Below are positions 23,283 to 35,700 of a stretch of DNA of 64,000 nt, piece after piece. The translations under genes were made by a program, and so were the position numbers. The notes beneath the pieces were generated by a model that was given only the letters and a program-made list of their open reading frames with translations, was not told the origin of the DNA and made no database searches. Positions within the stretch are counted from its first letter, which is position 1. The number at the start of each line of letters is the position of its first letter. Origin of the DNA: Azolla caroliniana (lineage: Eukaryota; Plantae; Polypodiophyta). The DNA is taken from the NCBI GenBank assembly GCA_043228905.1, contig JBHGNT010000001.1:14198001-14262000 (forward strand), written 5' to 3'.

Positions 23283-25236
23283 ATGTGGATAAGTGTGAGG
23301 GTTAAATGAGAGTGTAAAGAAGCGGAGGATTACTTTTAATCCTCAGGATTGAGACAACCCATTAGGCCAAGTGTGAACTGGCCTCGTGGCCTTGGGTATC
23401 GCTATAAATATGAGGCCTAGCTACCCTCATTTCATCATCTCTTGACTATGTCGAGACTCTGTTCTTGTGGTGGGTCAACTCTTGTAGCGAGCATGCTAGC
23501 ACTAGTTATGACTCAACACCACAACAGTGGTATGGGACACCGATCGAGGCTCGAGTCCGTCTCGATCCCTTTGCTCGGGGGTGGTTGGGTGGATCAACAC
23601 CCTTCTTTCTCTCTCTCCTTTCTTATTTCTTATATCTTTTATTCTTATCATATGCTTTCGTTAGATCATAACTCAAACAGTTGGTATCAGAGCTTATGTT
23701 CTAATGTTTCTTTTGCTGGTTTTTTTCTTCCTGATTGATGGTGACTGATCGACGTGCGGTCAACCTTGATCCTGATAACAATCAACAAAGGAACTTCAGT
23801 AACTTTTCCTTCTTCTTTTTTCTTATTCTTATTTATCCCAATCTAATCATGTATAGTTAATAAGTGTTGTTTTTCATTGATTCAATGATGTTGTAGTGAT
23901 AATTAATTGGTTGTATAAAACGTTTACATATGTGTATGAGGTCAATACCTCATTTAACACATATTTGATATGTGATTCGTGTCGTATGCGTACGAGGTTA
24001 ATACCTCAATTGCGTATTACGTTCACATACATATGTTACGTATGTGTATGAGGTCAATACCTCGATTTTTATGTAAATGATATGTGTTTGGTGTCATATG
24101 CGTAAGAGGTCAATACCTCAATTGCGTATTACGATTAACCCTTATTATTGGATGTTTCATGTTCGTAGAGGCTATATGCCTTGATTACGTGTCTCAATTT
24201 CATCATATATTGGCTATTTGATGTTACGATTATTCTTAATATACGCAAATGTGGTCACATGTATACGTATTTGATCGTATATGTGTGATAAATGTACATA
24301 TGTGTATATTACTTATTACATGATTTATATATCGAATGTTGTCCTTTTCGGGGAACGGATCTTCGTGGCCGTCCTCACATTTTTGTGAGAATGGCGTAGT
24401 CACCATCCTTTTTTCAACAATCTTTTTTGTTGACATCCCCGTTGGTCACTTCGATTCCGTTACGTAACGAAACGATCATAGCCACAATGATGGTGAGAAC
24501 GTGAGATCGCTACTAGGACACACATATCCAACATCCCTCCCTCATTACATGGATATGATGCCACCATGAGATCATTCTTACAAAAGGCATTCGTAATTAC
24601 GTAACCATGTGATGGGCCACGTGGGCCTACTACGAAAAGAGGGCTCATTTGGCTTGACCATTCGGTTGCACTTTGGCGTATGCCATCGTAATTGTGAGAC
24701 TTGAGGCTAGGTAACGTACCAACATAGTTTGTGGTAAACGAGAGGGAAATAAGGACTCTTGACATATATGTTTCTTTTAAAAAAACATATATGGGCAAAT
24801 GCCTCGCATATCTCTTATACACATAAACCGTTAAACATTCAACACGAGCAACCTATTTGGTTAGCTCAAGTGTTTAATGCATTTGTTCTCAAGGTCTCGA
24901 GTTCAAATATGACCAAGACCATACAACATAACACTCAGACTTTAGGTCTAAGTGCACTTCGGGGTCCTCTTAATAGGACTTAAAGAGCCGAAACCGCATA
25001 CGTGGGCACAAAAACGTAGTTTATTGTTAACATTTTTTCCCTGTATAAACTATTCATGACACGAACATAAATGGTTGAGCCTCGCGGAGCCGCCATGAAA
25101 AAAATCGATATAGAGATCTAGGAAAGACATTCATTTGTCAAACCTTTGTGTTACCATAGTAACCTGATCTTGAACCTCATACGTCTAGAGGGGTATTAAC
25201 GTGAGATCATGATATCGATTAATATTTCCCCATGAT

Positions 25237-26076
25237 ATGTTTACATCACAACATGATGTTATGACTATTTGTCTGACCTTATCCTATTTCTTTGCTAGAA
25301 ATATTCATTCAATGGCTCAGAATAACGACCCGATGTCATCTGCTCAAGCGGAAGGAACTCAAGGAAATCCTCTTGGACCAATGTCCATTGAGTTGTATTT
25401 TTTACAAATACAACATTTCCTTAGTTCAACTGCGTATCAGATGTCCGAACTTCGACAATTTCAAAGTGCTCTCGAGGCATGTGTCATTCGTTTACAACGT
25501 GAGACTAATAGATTCGATGAGCGTCAAGGTGAACCATCATTTTTCGTAAAGCCATTTACGGGAGAAAAAAAGGAAAGAACCGAAGAAGCAATTTGCACGT
25601 GGCTGGACCGATGGGAGTCTCATTTTGAGCTCTATCCCACGCCAGATAGTACGAAGATTGCATATGTCAGCAGAGAACTAGGGGGTAAGGCCGCCGCCTG
25701 GTGGCATGGGCTCCGAACTTTAGGGAAATTGCTCAATACCTGGAAACATTTTCTCACAGTTTTCAAGAGCCAATTTCTGCAACCTCCATCTCGAACCGAG
25801 GCAACACAAGCTTTAATAAACCTCTCTAGCAAGAAGTTTTCCTCACTAGAAGACTATGTTCACCATGGTAGAACCCAAATCCAAAAATCCGGTCTAGAAG
25901 GGAACAATTGGTTGATAGCTTGTTTTGTCAATGGCATCCCCAATTCGGACTATCATTGGATAGTGCACGATAAGGATCCAAAATCCTTCGAAGATGCTAT
26001 TGAAATAGTTCTTCGCTATCAATGCACTTCGAAGAAGGACCATAACAAACCCAACGAAGCACCCGGGACTAAGTAG
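25237..26076 (+). pseudogene. Gypsy G1 gag (capsid) ORF
   Basis: 279-aa ORF with retrotransposon gag motif (KIAYVSRELGGKAAAWW...TWKHFLTVFKSQF). An in-frame TAG precedes the zinc knuckle; likely true start is MAQNN at ~25312. Confidence 0.8.
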
Positions 26077-29000
26077 TCGCAATTCGTTGGGAAACGTAAG
26101 ACACCCAACGAATTCATGGATTGCGATTGTAAGAGACAACATCCTTTTTGCTTATTCTGCAAAAAGAAGGGTCATACAAAAGAAGAATGTCGAAAGCTCC
26201 AACGAAAAGAGCACGACAACAAAGCAAAAACTGCAGACCATAAAGGTCAGATTCCTAATGTCCTTGAGGTCTATACACACATTTAAGTAATTGTCAATGT
26301 TCTTACCCTCACTATGTATTGGGACCCAATGATTTACTACGTGCAAACGGGTATATCAATGGATCTCCCATACAATTTTTATTTGATTTGGGAAGCTCAC
26401 ACAATTTTGTGAATGATCGATCGTTTGGTTCAGATATGGGGAATCCAACCCATTGTAAGTGATCACACCTATAGGGTGCACTTGGTTGATGAAAGAGTAC
26501 AATACATCAACGAGGCGATTCATTCATTAGGAATTTCTATTGATACATATATCGAGGAAGTAGACTCCATGTAATGAATCTTTGTACCACTGATGTAATA
26601 TTGGGTTATCCCTGGTTTTTTAATAAAAACTCTTCTTTATCTATTGATTGGGTTCATCATTCAATTACTTTTGTACTAAACGATTGTACTCATTTTATTC
26701 AATGTGTTTAAAAACAATCTCTTTTGATTGTTTCCTCTCCATCAATATCCAAGTTGTCTTGTTCTACTTTATTGTATTGTGTACTTGATCCGTATATTCA
26801 CATTTACAATATCGATAATGTCTCGGTTCAATTATCATATTTTGAACAACAACAACTCGATGAAATCTTAAATGATTTTTGTGATGTTTTTTCGAGTGAA
26901 CTACCACATGGGTTACCTCCTAAACATAATATAGACCATCGTATAGATATTGTACCTGGCGTTGCACCAATAAGTATACCTCCTTATCGCTTAAGTTGAT
27001 CCGAAGAGGATAAGGTATCTAAGCAACTCAAGGACTATTTACGAATGGGTTATATATATGTTATAGTAAATCTCCATGGGGTGCACCTGTTCTCTTGGTA
27101 AAAAGAAAGAGGCACATGGTATATGTGTATTAATTACCGACGCCTGAATAAAGTGACGATCAAGAATTCATCACCGAGCTAACTATCTAATTGACCGTCT
27201 CTAGGGAGCTCGGTATTTTACGAAACTTGATCTTCGTACGGGCTACCATCAAATTCGTATAAGTCGGGACGATGTTCCTAAAACGACATTTCGTACACGC
27301 TATGGCCATTATGAGTTTTTGGTTATGCCTTTTGGTTTGACAAATGCTCTGGCCACATTTTAACAAGAAATGAATGACATTTTCCGAGAACAACTTCGAA
27401 AATTTCTCATTATTTTCTTGGATGATATTCTAGTTTATAGTCGTACATTAGAAGAACATGCTAAATATGTCCGCTTTGTTTTACAAACATTGAGTGACAA
27501 GCAATTCTACGCGAAGATCTCAAAATGCGAGTTCTTCAAGAAATCAATTACTTACCTTGGACATCTCATTACCGAACGACGAGTTGAAATTAATCCTTCT
27601 CGGGTCGAGAAAATCAAACTTTGGCCCACTCTTCAAAATATTTGAGAAGTTCGATCATTCTTTCGTTTTGTCAGGTTTTTGCGAAATCCCTTCGTAATTA
27701 CTCCCGACTAACAACACCGTTTACTGATCTTCTTAAAGGTCAAACACGTAAGTCTACAAAACCTATTGTGTGGAATGCTACACTACACCTCGCCTTTAAG
27801 GAATTCAAGGACCTGGTGTGCAAGGCTCCTTCGCTTCTTTTACCTGATCTTTCAAAACCTTTTGAGGTTGAAACCGATGCAAGCGATTATGCTATAGGTG
27901 TTGTCTTATATCAAGATGGTAAACCAATAGCATTCGAGAGTAAGAAACTTGATTCTGCTCAATCTCGGTATACGGTTCAAGAAAAGGAATTATTTGCAAT
28001 TATACATGTGCTCAAAACATGACGCCATTATCTTTATGGAAATCGTCTTGTGGTAAGTACAAACCACGAGTCCTTGAAATATTTTTGTGACCAACAAGAC
28101 CTAAAAGGTCGTAAGGCACGATAGGTTGATCTCATCCAAGACTTTTATTTTTCCATACGATATCGTAAAGGTTCCATGAACACTATCGCTAATGCAGTAA
28201 GTCGCATCCGTGAAGTTAACACGCTTAGCTTCATTGAAATAACATCAAATCTTTATGATCACCTTTGAGGAAAGTATCTTGATGACAGTTATTTTGCGAA
28301 ATACTGGGCAAGAGTTGAGTCTGGAACAGACACCACCACATCCTCGAAGGAATCCATGAAGAGTTGTGTTCCAAATTTGCCTGAGGTCAAATAGAGAATT
28401 TTTTTTAATGCGATGATGCACCTTCACCAGGGCACCCTGGAATACATCGTACACTTGTTCTCATCTCCACTCAATTCTATTGGCTAAGATGCGTCCTGAC
28501 ATACATAACTATGTGACTAAATGTCACCAATGCCAGGTTAACAAAGCCGAGCGACTTAAGGCCGCAAGACGTTTACATCCCATGGACATTCCGAATAATA
28601 AGTGGGAAAGTATATCCATAGATTTTATTGTTAGCCTTCCTTGCACCCAAAAAGGCCATGATGCCATTTGGGTTGTGGAACTTGGTGGACTAACTAAAAT
28701 GGCCAGATTTATTGCTACTTAAACCATGGTAACAGCACCTGAACTGGCTTACTAGTTCGTTGACGAGTTATTTCATTTTTATGGGTTACCGATGGATATC
28801 GTGAGTGATCGAGATCCAAAGTTTACTAGTGACTTCTAGACGCAAGTCTTTAAGAAGTTAGAAACTACGTTGAGCATAAGCTCCACGAATTATCCTCAAT
28901 CTGATGGACAGACAAAACAAGTAAATCAAATTATTGAGGACATGCTTCGAGCATATGTTGGTGCAAAACCAACAAAATGGGAACGTTATCTCCCAATTTT

Positions 29001-31602
29001 GGAGTTTGCTTATAACAGCTCCAAGCATATGTCGACGGGATATAGTCCTTTTATGTTGATGTATGGTTTTCAGCCACGAGCTGCGATTGAAGTTAATATA
29101 CATCTTTCTTCGGGATATGCAAGATATGTTGCATATTACACGAGATAATATACAAATAGCTCAAGATAGAGCACATTTTTACGCCAATCATAATGGCAAC
29201 ATCGTGTATTCAACCCTGGACATAAGGTATTTTTACGTGTACCTCACAATTCTAACACATTGTGTACAGGTAAGTGTGCTAAGTTAGGCCCACAGTTTTG
29301 TGGACCTTTCCAAGTCCTCAAACACATTGGTTCATCAACATATCGTCTCGCTCTTCCCGATGACGTTGAAATTCATTCATCCATTTTTTTATGTAAGTCG
29401 TCTAAAAGAACTTCTAGGTTCTGGCGACAATACAGTTACAACTTAAACTCTGGTTACTTCTGAAGAATTATCTTCTAAACCACATGTACTAAAAAGAATT
29501 CTCGATGTTAAAACAAAAAATCTGCGTACTAAAATAATTTGAGAATTTAAAATTAAATGGATGGATAAATCTATCAAAGATGCCACATGGGAACACCAAA
29601 ATACTCTTAGAACTAACTTTCCATTGCAAGCGTGCAATGTTTTAGAGAGGGGGAGTATGTTATAGGCATGACCATATAATATCCCGTAGTATTCTATACA
29701 CATGGATAAGTGTGAGGGTTAAACGAGAGTTTAAAGGAGGGGGGGATTACTTTTAATCCTCGAGATTGAGACAACCCATTAGGCCAAGTGTGAACTAGCC
29801 TGGGGGCCTTGGGTATCACTATAAATATGAGGCCTAGCTACCCTCATTTCATCATCTCTTGACGACGTCGAGACTCTATTCTTGTGGTGGGTCAACTCTT
29901 GTAGCGAGCGCACTAGCACCAGGTATGACTCGACGTCACGATAGTGGTATGGGACGCCGATCTAGGCTCGAGTCCATCTCGATCCCTTCGCTCGGGGGTG
30001 GTTGGGTGGATCAACACCCTTCTTTCTCTCTCTCCTTTCTTATTTCTTATATCTTTTATCCTTATCATATGCTTATGTTAAATCATAATTCTAACAGGCA
30101 GAGACGCCCGAACGAGAGCCGACAATTAGTGGAAGGAGATACCCACTCAGAGAAAGGAGAGCATTGACAACATATGCCAATCAAGAAGGAGAGATTATCC
30201 TCACGAAGATCCATACTAATGACAATGGATCTGACATGCTGATAAAGAACCTATCGATGGACTGAATCAGAGTCTATCGACAAAGGACAGGAATAACAGA
30301 CGCCTCCCCACAGTAGTGAAGGGGGAGTTTGTTAAGAATATGTTCCTCCAATGGGAGGAGCTGACTGTTCGGGCCGAGCACCGATGGTTGAAGAGTCGAC
30401 TATGAGAGTTGACTGGGTGAGTCAACATAAAGGAGATCCATGTTGAAGACGCAACCGACTAGTCGGACCAACTGGACAGTTGATCCTAGTGTCAGTTGAT
30501 AGCTACTTATTATTATTATAGATAATAATAGTAGTGATGTATAGTAGGGGCTACATTTGTAAATAGAAAATACAGTGTATTAGTATAAATACACCTAGGG
30601 CAGACGTTATAGTTGTGGTTGTGAGAACAGTTTGTGATTCTTTGTTGTAGCGAGTGATAGAGAAGTGTGAGAACGGGAGTAGAGAGAGTGAGTGTCACCA
30701 TAGTTGTGTTCTATAACAACATACGCAAAGAGCCCTGCGAGGCTGTTTACACTCTATGTAGAGAGTGTTGTAATATGATCTCGTTTTTGTATATCCACTA
30801 TATAGTGAAGCTCCGTTCTCCGTGGTTTTTATCCCATTTTAGGGATTCCACATCAAATCTGAGCACACAGTTTTCTCATGTTACCTAACTGTGTATTTCA
30901 GCATATTTCTTTTCTCTTGTGGATTGATGATTCATTTCTTAACAATTATCTCCCAACACAGGAGAAAATTGGTTGCCTTCTTTGAAATAAATGTTCTTGA
31001 TAGATGTATAGACACTGAGTGGGAATTTGATATCCAATAGATTTCTCCTGGGAATTGTCAGATCATGGGATGTAATCAAGATTTTCTTGCACAAACATAT
31101 GCCTAAAACATGGGATGACTAGATGAATCATCCTCTTCTAGCTAATTCTCTTAGCCGGTATTCTGTTGGAAATGTATTGGGCCTTAGAACTTGTCTTGCC
31201 TGAGGAAAACTTGATAATGGGCCATCAACATCAATAAGATCCTAGCTTCATTTTCAACAAGTGTCAAAAGTGGATCGGCTTAAGCAGTTACACTCGGTAT
31301 ATGGTGCGAAGACCATGACAGTTGAAACTACCAAGCATGCTCTCTAGTCATGTTCACTAGCCCATTAGGTATGGAATAAAGTTCATTCTTTATTCTTGAC
31401 AATTAATGCAGACTACCTCTTTTGTTGGGGAACGGTATGGGGGGTTCTCCATTCCAGGCTCTTGATGTATGAGGCAAGTGATGCTCCAGACGCTATGACA
31501 GTCATTAACATGCATCTAATTTCTGTGTCCCCCTTCTAACAACCTCAGAAGCAAGTGTGTGCAACCCACGTATGCAGAACAATATCAATAATTACATTAT
31601 GG

Positions 31603-31877
31603 TGACAGAAACTACATGCTCCCGATAAACAACGCTCGGCCACAACCGAGTCTAAGATCAAACACAAAAAACGGATAATGAACGCACGACACAAAGGAGA
31701 GAAGAGTACACATGATGTTTAACGTGGAAACCCTGAGAGGGAAAAAAAACCACGGGAGTCCACAGACTCCAAACTATCACTATATCACAATGATTACAAC
31801 AGTGAGCTCGCGGAGGCAACGACCTCGCGCTCACGATCTTCGCCACAGGTGGCGGTTACAACAGAGGCAATGACCTC

Positions 31878-31915
<38 letters not shown>

Positions 31916-32358
31916 TACACTGTTACGCGCACTCTAGTCTTGCGCCAACAAGAATGACAACAACATCATGAAAGAGTTTGCCCTAAGTCATATTTATACT
32001 AATATGACTTTTCGGCTATTTACAAATATAGCCCCGATGGACTCTCAGAAAACATATTTACGAATATGTCCCTTCATTCGGTGAGCACTCCTCACCGGGC
32101 CTGCATCATCCAGCTCTTGTCGGGCACTTGTCATCCGGTTCTCACCGGGTCTTCCGTAGTCGGGTACTCTTCATCCGGTTCTCACCGGGTCTTCCGTAGT
32201 TGGGTACTCTTCATCCGGTTCTCACCGGGTCTTCAGCATCCGGCTCTTGCTGGGTACTACTCATCTAGTTCTCACCGGGTCTTCCATTGCCGGGTACTCC
32301 ACATCCGGTTTAGTACTGTTCTTCTCACTTCCCATCCGGAGGGACCTTTTTCCTAACA
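31603..32358 (-). mobile_element. Solo LTR related to the copia J LTR
   Basis: TGACAG...CCTAACA with perfect TSD TATGG (31598-31602 / 32359-32363); shares GCCACAACCGAG, TTTACAAATATAGCCCC and ~39-bp CCGGTTCTCACCGGGTCTTCC repeats with the J LTRs. Confidence 0.93.
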
Positions 32359-32714
32359 TATGGATCTTATGAAAGTATCATTGTAGAAGACGATATGATT
32401 CCGTAATTCCTCTTCTCTCAGATATATTGTCGAAACTATGGGAGAGCTTATTGGTAGTAGTACGTGGGCAACATGACAATATGCAGGGCTCCTCGGAGGT
32501 TGTTCTTAAGAAAAGGAAAAAGAGTATTGCAATTATGGAGGAAGCTACCTTTGTTCATGGTCTCCTCTTAAGTGCCGATCTGGAAATACCATCACCCCTG
32601 GTCCTTGCCCTGACCATCTCTTTTGTACATAACATTTTGTAGCCTTCCGACGGTTTTTCTTCATACTAAAAAAGGAAATCTTTGAAGAAACAAAATCTTA
32701 GGCTTTGCTTTTAG

Positions 32715-35700
32715 TCCAGATAGGAAAGAAAGCAAACACGTATTTGTCCCATTGTCATATGGTGCATGTTTCTCTTAAACAAGATCACGGATTCATTCTC
32801 TTTCTCGTACTATTTTAGTGTAAGACCATGATATCCTATTAAACAAAGTTGTTGGCAACAGGTCTGCCTGTATATATGCATTTGTGTACGACATATTGTA
32901 GGTGAATTCATCGTCAATTATATCGTTGACATGGATGCTTCCAAAGTACCTCCATATTATGTAAAAGACTGTACACCATGTTAAAAGATTTGGTGGACAA
33001 CATTTGAAGTGTTAGGTGATGTCCACCTAGATACATGAAGACTGGGACCCAAGTCATGTAGATAGCATCCATAAACTAATCTGTCATTTAAGGTATTTGA
33101 TGTGAAAGTTTAAAGAAGTACCTATGTCAATTACTAATAAAAAGTTTCTAAATAATGAATAAAGGGAAGACAAATTAAAAAGTTCCTAACTAACAACTTC
33201 CAAAACTTAAGCTCCTTTTCTAGTGATGTAGTGATAGGAAGTTACAAGCAAAAGTATTTTGGAATTGCCATATGCATAACACGTCTTAATTGCAAGGAAA
33301 TTCACATATAATTTTTGGTTTGCGTAATCATGCATATTTCAAAAACGTTTTACGAAAAAGAAAAGAACACAAACCAATCACTATCTCCTATGTATTCTCT
33401 ACATGTGAAAACATGAGTGTCATTCCATAAAGAGGTACCATTTGGAATGAGCATTCTGGTAACGTTGCACATGTATCATAGTTGTAGAATACTTCGCATT
33501 CAATACACTTCGAATACAATGCGACATATTCTAAAGGTATTCTACCTTGTTTTAAGTACTTGAAATATGATTTCTAAAGACAAAATATGTTCAATAAGCA
33601 TTTAATACGTTAAACACTTCTTATGGTTGTAAATTGTAATGCATCTAGTAATTGTTTTTTGCTTAGATTTTAAAATTTTAAAATTTTAAAGCTTCCAAAA
33701 ACATTTAATGTTTTTGGAAATGTTAAATACTTGTTAAGTACATAGCATACAGGAAATGTTTTAGAATGATGTTTCTAAAATGTAGAACATGTGTGAATAC
33801 TTCAAACTTCAAAGCATTCTAAAATGTTTTCGAAACGTAAATTTTGGATTTTTTTACAACTATGACATGATTGATTGACTTTTTTTTATCCATAACAATT
33901 TGACCATGTATGTACATATTCTCCTCCATCCTTGAGATATGTGATGTAAAATATTGTTACGTATGTTGTAGAGTTCTTCTAATATATGCATACCATCATC
34001 TATAATGGCCGAACGTGGTTGATCTTCATAATCAAAATAAACATCCGAACATTGACAAGAAACAAGCCATCCATACTTGAAAATTTTGGTCAATATCAAA
34101 TCTTGTGCGTCACTTGAATCATTGCATCATCCTACCATCATATTCCAATCAAAAGTATGATATCTTATTCATTAGTTAACTTCTATATTTTGACATTCTA
34201 TGGGCATGCATTACAAATCTAAAATTTAATCATAGAAAATTCATGATTTGGTTCTCTAGATCTTACATCCCTCCCTATTCAACAAATTTCCTTTCTCTTT
34301 ATTCATGGTATAGCCGCAAGGTTTGCAAGAACGAATTTGAGTACATTAATAAAGATGGATATTATCTATAAGAGTATTAAATATCTTCAAATGGAGGGAT
34401 ATGAGACACACACACACACATTGACATTCGCTACTTCAACTTGAAGTAGTACACACAATAATGATTTTTTTGTTTTGCTAGATTTACCTCTTAAGAACCG
34501 ATCGGGAAGAAAGCAAACACATCTTTGTCCCATTGTCATATGGTGCATGTTTCTCTTAGAAACGATCAAGGATTCATTCTATTTCTTTTAATCTTTTAGT
34601 GTAATTCCATCGTATCCTATTAAACAAAGTTGTCGGCAACAGGTATGTTTGTATATATGTATGTGTGTACGACATATTGTAGGTGAATTCCTTGTCAATT
34701 CTATTGTGACATGGATGCTTCCAAAGTACTCCCATATTATGTAAAAAAGTGTACACCATGTTAAAAGATTTGGTGGACAACTTTTGAAGAGTTAGGTGAT
34801 GTCCACCTAGATACATGAAGACTGGGCCCCAAGTCATGTAGATAACATCCATAAACTAATGGCTCATTTAAGGTTTCCGATGTCAATGTTTAAAGGAGTG
34901 CCTATGTCAATTACTCATAAAAAGTTCCTAAATAATGAATAAAGGGAAGATGAATTAAAATGTAACAACTTCCAAAACTTATGCTCCTTTTCTAGTGATG
35001 TGGTGATAGGAAGTTACAAGCAAAAGTATTTTGGAATTGCCATATGCATAACACGTTTTAATTGCAAGGAAATTCACATATACTTTTTGGTTTGCGTAAT
35101 CATGCATATTTCAAAAACGTTTTACGAAAAAGAAAAGAACATAAACCAATCACACTATCTCCTATAAATTCTCCACATGTGAAAACATGAGTGTCATTCC
35201 ATAAAGAGGTACCATTTGGAATGAGCATTCTGGTAACGTTGCACATGTATCATAGTTGTAGAATACTTCGCATTCAATACACTTCGAATACAATGCGACA
35301 TATTCTAAAGGTATCTACCTTGTTTTAAGTACTTGAAATATGATTTCTAAATACAAAATATGTTCAATAAGCATTTAATACGTTAAACACTTCCTATGGT
35401 TGTAAATTGTAATGCATCTAGTAATTGTTTTTTGCTTAGATTTTAAAATTTTAAAATTTTAAAGCTTCCAAAAACATTTAATGTTTTTGGAAATGTTAAA
35501 TACTTGTTAAGTACATAGCATACAGGAAATGTTTTAGAATGATGTTTCTAAAATGTAGAACACGTGTGAATACTTCAAACTTCAAAGCATTCTAAAATGT
35601 TTTCGAAACGTAAATTTTGGATTTTTTTACAACTATGACATGATTGATTGACTCGTTTTTATCCATAACAATTTGACCATGTATGTACATATTCTCCTCC

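Larger units (their letters stand above)
22397..30096 (+). mobile_element. Full-length degenerate Ty3/gypsy element G1 (Met-primed, chromodomain-like tail) nested in A
   Basis: LTRs 22397-23679 (with insertion) and 29658-30096; TSD GATAG/GGCAG; PBS TGGTATCAGAGC 23682-23693; gag 25237-26076; CLFCKKKGHTKEEC knuckle; LFDLGSSHNF protease; RT (FLDDILVYS), RNaseH (VETDASDYAIG), INT; ILDVKT...KW...ATWE...FP at ~29495-29622; PPT GAGAGGGGGAG. Confidence 0.95.
17167..30944 (+). mobile_element. Ty1/copia element A (internally deleted) containing a MITE, copia B and Gypsy G1
   Basis: TSD ATTAT (17162-17166 / 30945-30949); truncated 5' LTR 17167-17513; pol/integrase 21075-22396 (NLISTGRLDDEG, NGLAERMNRTIME); INT linker fused to the RNaseH end near 30184; PPT AGTGAAGGGGGAG; 3' LTR 30330-30944. 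Confidence 0.9.

Noticed and set aside
23930-24190. CRISPR-like look (palindromic repeats with variable spacers at a fixed period)
   Set aside because: It lies in a plant retrotransposon leader, there are no cas genes, and alternate spacers resemble each other (112-bp dimer). Kept only as a hairpin array.
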